Positions 59,833-64,000 of a stretch of 64,000 bases of DNA are shown in pieces; position 1 is the first letter of the stretch; each line of letters starts with the position of its first letter. Position numbers and translations under genes: made by a program. The notes under the pieces were generated by a model. The model had not been told where the DNA came from and ran no database searches. It saw only the letters and a program-made list of their open reading frames with translations. Source of the DNA: Candidatus Multivorans sp. (GTDB lineage Bacteria; Acidobacteriota; Thermoanaerobaculia; Multivoradales; Multivoraceae). The DNA lies in assembly GCA_965216125.1 (NCBI GenBank), contig OZ244152.1, forward strand, positions 4,696,578-4,760,577. Direction: 5' to 3'.

Positions 59833-59861
59833 GGATGCGGGCAGGATGCCCGCGTTCCCAG
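59833..59861. repeat. REP-like palindrome, copy 5
   Basis: GGAT-GCGGGCAGGATGCCCGC-GTTCCCAG. Confidence 0.75.
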
Positions 59862-59871
59862 GGGCGGAGCT

Positions 59872-62295
59872 CTAACCCACGACGGTCCCGGTGACGCCGC
59901 GTTCGAAGAGGTCGTCGATCTCGGCCTCCGAAAGAACCAGGCGCCCCCGGAGCAGCTCACGGCTGTGCTCGCCAAGGCGCGGCGGCGGCAGGTCGGAGCG
60001 CTCCAGCAGACGGTCCATCCGCCAGGGGTGGCCGCCGTAGCGGTGCTCACCCACGTCCGGGTGCTCCATCCTGCGGAACCAACTCCGCTGTTCCAAATGG
60101 GGACACGCCATCAACTCGGCGGTCGTGCGTACGACGCCGGCGGCAATACCGGAGGCCTGCAGGCGCTCCATCAAAGGCTCGGCCTGTTGGGCGCCGGTCC
60201 ACTCGGCCATCGCCTCGTTGAGCTTCTCTGCGTTGGCCATGCGATCCGCGTGCCGGTCGAAGGCCGGATCCCAGAGGGTTTCGGAACCTGAGATCGCCAC
60301 GAGCCGTCGCCAGGCCTCGTCGGACTCGACCGCCACCGCGATCCAGCGGTCGTTCCCGGCGCACGGGTAGACGCCGTGCGGAGCGTGGTCTAGATCACCG
60401 TTGCCCGGCGGACACTGCTCGCCGCCCAGGGCGGCGTCGAGGAGCACTTCGCCGACGTAGCCGACCGCCGCCTCGACCATGCTGCCGTCGATCGACTGAC
60501 CCTCGCCGGTGCGCCGGCTGTGGAAGAGCCCGACCAGGGTGGTCGCCGCCATCTGCATACCGGTGATCGCGTCCGCTTGGTAGAAGCCCATCACCACCGG
60601 GTCGCCGTCGGGATACCGGTGAAGCCAGTCCCAACCGGCGAGCGCTTCGATCGACGTCCCGTTCGCCTTGTAGTCGCTCAAGGGTCCGGTCTTGCCGAAG
60701 CCGGACCAGGAGGTCATCACGAGGCCCGGGTTGCCCTTCGAAAGCTCGGGCCACTCGAGACCGAACCGCTCCATGACACGCGGCGTGAAGTTCTCCATCA
60801 CCACGTCGGCGTCGGCCGCCAACCGCCGGAGCAGGTCCTTGCCGTCCTGCGTCTTGAGGTCCAGGCACAGGGACCGCTTGTTCCGGTTGACGCTGTTGTA
60901 GTTCGGGCTCGAGTTCACGAGGTCGGCAGGAGGGTTCACCATCGGCACCGGACTCGCCAGCCATCGCCGCCAGACATCGGGCCGGCGATGCGATTCGATC
61001 TTGATCACCTCGGCGCCGAGGTCGGCCAGCAACATGGAGGCGAACGGACCGATCCACGCCTGGGTCAGGTCGACGATCTGGATTCCGGCCAGCGGCAGCG
61101 GCTCGCCATCCCCGCCGCTCGGCGCTGACGGCTGCTCCACCGGCGCCCAGTCGAGCGCCGACGGATGGTTCTGTTCACCGGCTACCGGGACCGGCGCCGG
61201 CGCCGATACCAACGCCACCGCCTCTGTCAGCCCAAACCTCGCCGCGGGACCGGCGAAGGGCAGCTCTCCGAGCGCCGGATGGCGGAGGGTACGGAAGAAA
61301 CTCCGAGCGACCAGGTGCTCGTCGGCCAGCAGTTCGGCCAGTGCTGCCACCTTGCCGCACACGATGCCGCGCTTGAGGAGACCGTGGAACACGTCGTTCA
61401 TCGTCTTGTCACGCACCCGGCGGGCCAGGAACGGAAGCAGCCGCTGGATACGGTCGACGGGGTTCTCGCCGTCCACAGACGGAGGCCACTCGTCGTCCTC
61501 CATGCCGAGCGCCGCACCGTAGTCGCCGAGCTTGTCCTCGGGCGGCGGAACGAAGGTGACCCATCCGTCGCGGCAGCGATGCACCCGCACGCCGGTCGAA
61601 GGACCGCCGTCGCGCTCGGGATGTACGCCCGTGTACTCGATCCGCAGCAGCGGCAGGATGGCTGCCAGCGTCTCCATCTCCGACACCTCGATGAAGCGTC
61701 CACGCCCACCGCCGAGACGCGAAATCAGCGCAGCGAGAGCGGCGACAAAGGCGCTGACCCCGCAGGTGTAGCCGAGGATGTGGCCGGGCGCCTTGAGCGG
61801 CGCCCGCCTCTTCTCGCCGTTCAGGCCGGCGTAGCCCGACAGCGCCTGGACCACCAACTCCGAGCCGACGAGCTCGGCATACGGCCCGTCCAGGCCGAAC
61901 GGGGAGACCGACACCAGGACGAGGCCCGGAAACCGCTCTCGCAGATCCCCGAACGTGACACCCCAGCGGTCGAGGTCCGCCTCGGTCCAGTCGGTGACCA
62001 GGACATCGGCGCACTGCAGCAGATCGAAGAGCGCCTCTCTATCCGGGCAGGCTCGCGGCAGCGATATCGCACGCTTGTTGGCGGCTACCGTTTGCCAGAG
62101 CAGCGACTCCGAATCGGCGCCGGCCTTGGCATGCGGACCCATGCGCCGAAGACGCGATCCTTCCTCGGGCTCCAGGACGACCACGTCCGCTCCCCAGAGG
62201 GCGAACTGCCGGCCGCAATACGCCGCCGCGACGCCGTTTGCCAGTTCAAGCACGCGAACACCTACGAGCGGCGGCCCCGGTTGCGATCGATCCAC
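59872..62295 (-). CDS. CaiB/BaiF class III CoA-transferase, tandem-domain fusion
   Basis: Two PLxG(V/I)xxx(E/D)L starts; LADLGAEVIKIE, NRNKRS, ENFTP and PPRLGEHS. Confidence 0.93.
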   Translation of the reverse strand: MDRSQPGPPLVGVRVLELANGVAAAYCGRQFALWGADVVVLEPEEGSRLRRMGPHAKAGADSESLLWQTVAANKRAISLPRACPDREALFDLLQCADVLVTDWTEADLDRWGVTFGDLRERFPGLVLVSVSPFGLDGPYAELVGSELVVQALSGYAGLNGEKRRAPLKAPGHILGYTCGVSAFVAALAALISRLGGGRGRFIEVSEMETLAAILPLLRIEYTGVHPERDGGPSTGVRVHRCRDGWVTFVPPPEDKLGDYGAALGMEDDEWPPSVDGENPVDRIQRLLPFLARRVRDKTMNDVFHGLLKRGIVCGKVAALAELLADEHLVARSFFRTLRHPALGELPFAGPAARFGLTEAVALVSAPAPVPVAGEQNHPSALDWAPVEQPSAPSGGDGEPLPLAGIQIVDLTQAWIGPFASMLLADLGAEVIKIESHRRPDVWRRWLASPVPMVNPPADLVNSSPNYNSVNRNKRSLCLDLKTQDGKDLLRRLAADADVVMENFTPRVMERFGLEWPELSKGNPGLVMTSWSGFGKTGPLSDYKANGTSIEALAGWDWLHRYPDGDPVVMGFYQADAITGMQMAATTLVGLFHSRRTGEGQSIDGSMVEAAVGYVGEVLLDAALGGEQCPPGNGDLDHAPHGVYPCAGNDRWIAVAVESDEAWRRLVAISGSETLWDPAFDRHADRMANAEKLNEAMAEWTGAQQAEPLMERLQASGIAAGVVRTTAELMACPHLEQRSWFRRMEHPDVGEHRYGGHPWRMDRLLERSDLPPPRLGEHSRELLRGRLVLSEAEIDDLFERGVTGTVVG

Positions 62296-62321
62296 ACACC
62301 AATCGTCTCAGAAACGGCGCC

Positions 62322-64000
62322 CTATTGTCGGTTGCCGGGCCCCGGCCCCGGTACCGTGGCGCTCACGCTCTCGGAGAGACGGCGACGGTCCCTCGTGCAC
62401 ACGCCGCCTGCGTCGCACGCCCGCCCCCCAGTCAGCGACACGACGACATCGGCCGTCCCCGAAGGACGCACGGTGATCCTCCACAGGGCGCTGCTCCCGT
62501 TGACGCGCTTGGCGCCCCTCACCGTTCCGTTCACCACCTCCACGCTCCGATCTCGCACTGTCTTGTAACTGATCTGGATCGGCTCGCTGAAGCGCAGCCT
62601 GAAGGTGAACGAGGTCGATCCGTCGTGGCTCGCCGGCAGGTCCTCGAACGCCACGGTCAGCGGCCGCTTCGGAACGGTGATCCGTATTTCCCTCGAACCC
62701 GGACTCGCGTAGTACCCGTCATAGATCGTCTTGACAACGTAAACCACGTCTCCGGACGGAGGGGTTTCGTCGGACCAGGTCGTCTCCATTGAACCAGTGT
62801 CCGCGACATGCACGACCGGACTCTCTCCCGATCGCGCCCGGAGAATCCGATAGCCGGTGACCGCCTCGGTGTCATATTCCGGTGCAGTCCAACTCAGAGC
62901 CACGCTCCAGCCGTCGAGGACGACGTCCACGTCTTCGGGAGCGCTCATCGTAAGTGCGCGGCACACCCGCGGCCTCATCACCTCGGCATGGCCATCCCAG
63001 AAACTCGCACTCAGAACGCCGTTCAGTCTGATCCTCGCGTTCTGTAGCGCACGGGCCTTCAAGGCCGCCCGACCACCCTGGCCGAAGTGGATTCGCAACT
63101 TCTGTATCAGTTCGTCCTCAGCCGTTGCACTTCCACTTCCGTAGTACAGCATCCCGTCCCTGAAACGGAACGCGGAGCCAGCAACCGTATCTGCGTTCGA
63201 TGTAGTTCGATAGAGCCGCCTGACGATCGGTTCCTTCCGCCACAAGTCCACGATGGTCAGAAAGATCATCGCGTCCCCCACGCTCCCCGCCGGATGGTAG
63301 TAGTAGTTGTAGCGCACCAGGTCGGATACGCCGTCGATCAACCCGTCCGTGATCGTCAGTTCGTGATTGGCCGGCACGAACAGGTTGTGATCCTCCTGGT
63401 CGAACGAACGGACCGTCGGTCGAAACAGCACCTCGACATCGGACCCGGCGCAAACAAGCTGTTCACCCCATTGCCGAAAGTCCGAATGGCGGGCCCTCAG
63501 GATCCGCATCAGGACCTCGGCGTGGCGCAATGACCACACGGCGCCCGCCTCCTCCATCGCCGCCACATAGGGCGAACGGCCAGGCGTCTCGAGAAACCTG
63601 ACGGCTCCTCGGCCTGTCGGGAAGCTCGATGCCGAGAAATCGAGCGGTTCGATACGCGGAGCCGTAGAGGCGCGATTCGCTTCCATGTTCGCGACCATCT
63701 CTTCCGATGAGAAACTGAACTCCGTTCCCGGCCAAACGACCCATTGCCCCCACAGTGGCTTGTTCAGCGAGCCATGACAGGTCCGGCAGGAGTCGGGTTC
63801 CGTGATCTCCGGGATCGTCCCGGAGAAATCAACCACTCCCGCGGTCCATGAGAATCCGTCCTGTCGGAGGAACTCGACACTCTCGCGGAACTCCGGAGGA
63901 GCCTCGGCATCCGTGTTCCAGGCGAAGATGAAGTGTCCATCGGCGCCCCACGAGATGATCCGCGGATGCTCTGCAGATACGTGGTCCCGCGCGGCCGCTT
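62322..64000 (-). CDS. Surface protein with CxxCH heme motif, fibronectin type III domain and C-terminal Ig-like domain, 5' partial
   Basis: Frame is open to the window edge. CRTCH; VALSWTAP..VTGYRILR; PLTVAFEDLPASHDG..FTFRLRFSE. Confidence 0.8.
   Translation of the reverse strand, partial: AAARDHVSAEHPRIISWGADGHFIFAWNTDAEAPPEFRESVEFLRQDGFSWTAGVVDFSGTIPEITEPDSCRTCHGSLNKPLWGQWVVWPGTEFSFSSEEMVANMEANRASTAPRIEPLDFSASSFPTGRGAVRFLETPGRSPYVAAMEEAGAVWSLRHAEVLMRILRARHSDFRQWGEQLVCAGSDVEVLFRPTVRSFDQEDHNLFVPANHELTITDGLIDGVSDLVRYNYYYHPAGSVGDAMIFLTIVDLWRKEPIVRRLYRTTSNADTVAGSAFRFRDGMLYYGSGSATAEDELIQKLRIHFGQGGRAALKARALQNARIRLNGVLSASFWDGHAEVMRPRVCRALTMSAPEDVDVVLDGWSVALSWTAPEYDTEAVTGYRILRARSGESPVVHVADTGSMETTWSDETPPSGDVVYVVKTIYDGYYASPGSREIRITVPKRPLTVAFEDLPASHDGSTSFTFRLRFSEPIQISYKTVRDRSVEVVNGTVRGAKRVNGSSALWRITVRPSGTADVVVSLTGGRACDAGGVCTRDRRRLSESVSATVPGPGPGNRQ

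Overview
GC-rich bacterial chromosomal window. The gene repertoire suggests an Acidobacteriota-like, possibly sponge-associated organism (inference only). Housekeeping and catabolic genes (cNMP-patatin, fumarase, Xaa-Pro peptidase, dipeptidase, a PVC-type heme dehydrogenase/Gfo-Idh-MocA/MFS operon, haloalkane dehalogenase, ABC exporter, LemA/M48, carboxyltransferase, CaiB/BaiF) alternate with four accessory zones. (i) 5.4-9.9 kb: TA modules plus a coupled string of M15-like peptidase, truncated ADP-ribosylhydrolase, nuclease-antitoxin fusion and PIN toxin. (ii) 21.0-25.2 kb: a decayed integrated mobilizable plasmid (relaxase, mobS, DUF1640 stub, Cre-like recombinase, prim-pol Rep) that still carries one intact secreted cargo gene, a 75-bp tandem repeat and a hairpin cluster. 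(iii) 26.7-33.8 kb: a type I R-M system with a HEPN-like gene and a 42-aa ORF inserted between hsdS and hsdR. (iv) 43.8-57.3 kb: an island with a WYL protein, YegP, a complete IS21 (6-bp target duplication) splitting a secreted Cys-rich gene, a YHYH gene, a 166-bp tandem duplication, BlaI/BlaR1/LuxR and a three-gene secreted operon. A covarying REP-like palindrome family occurs five times. No rRNA, tRNA or CRISPR array was seen. All calls come from reading motifs by eye; no database searches were run.
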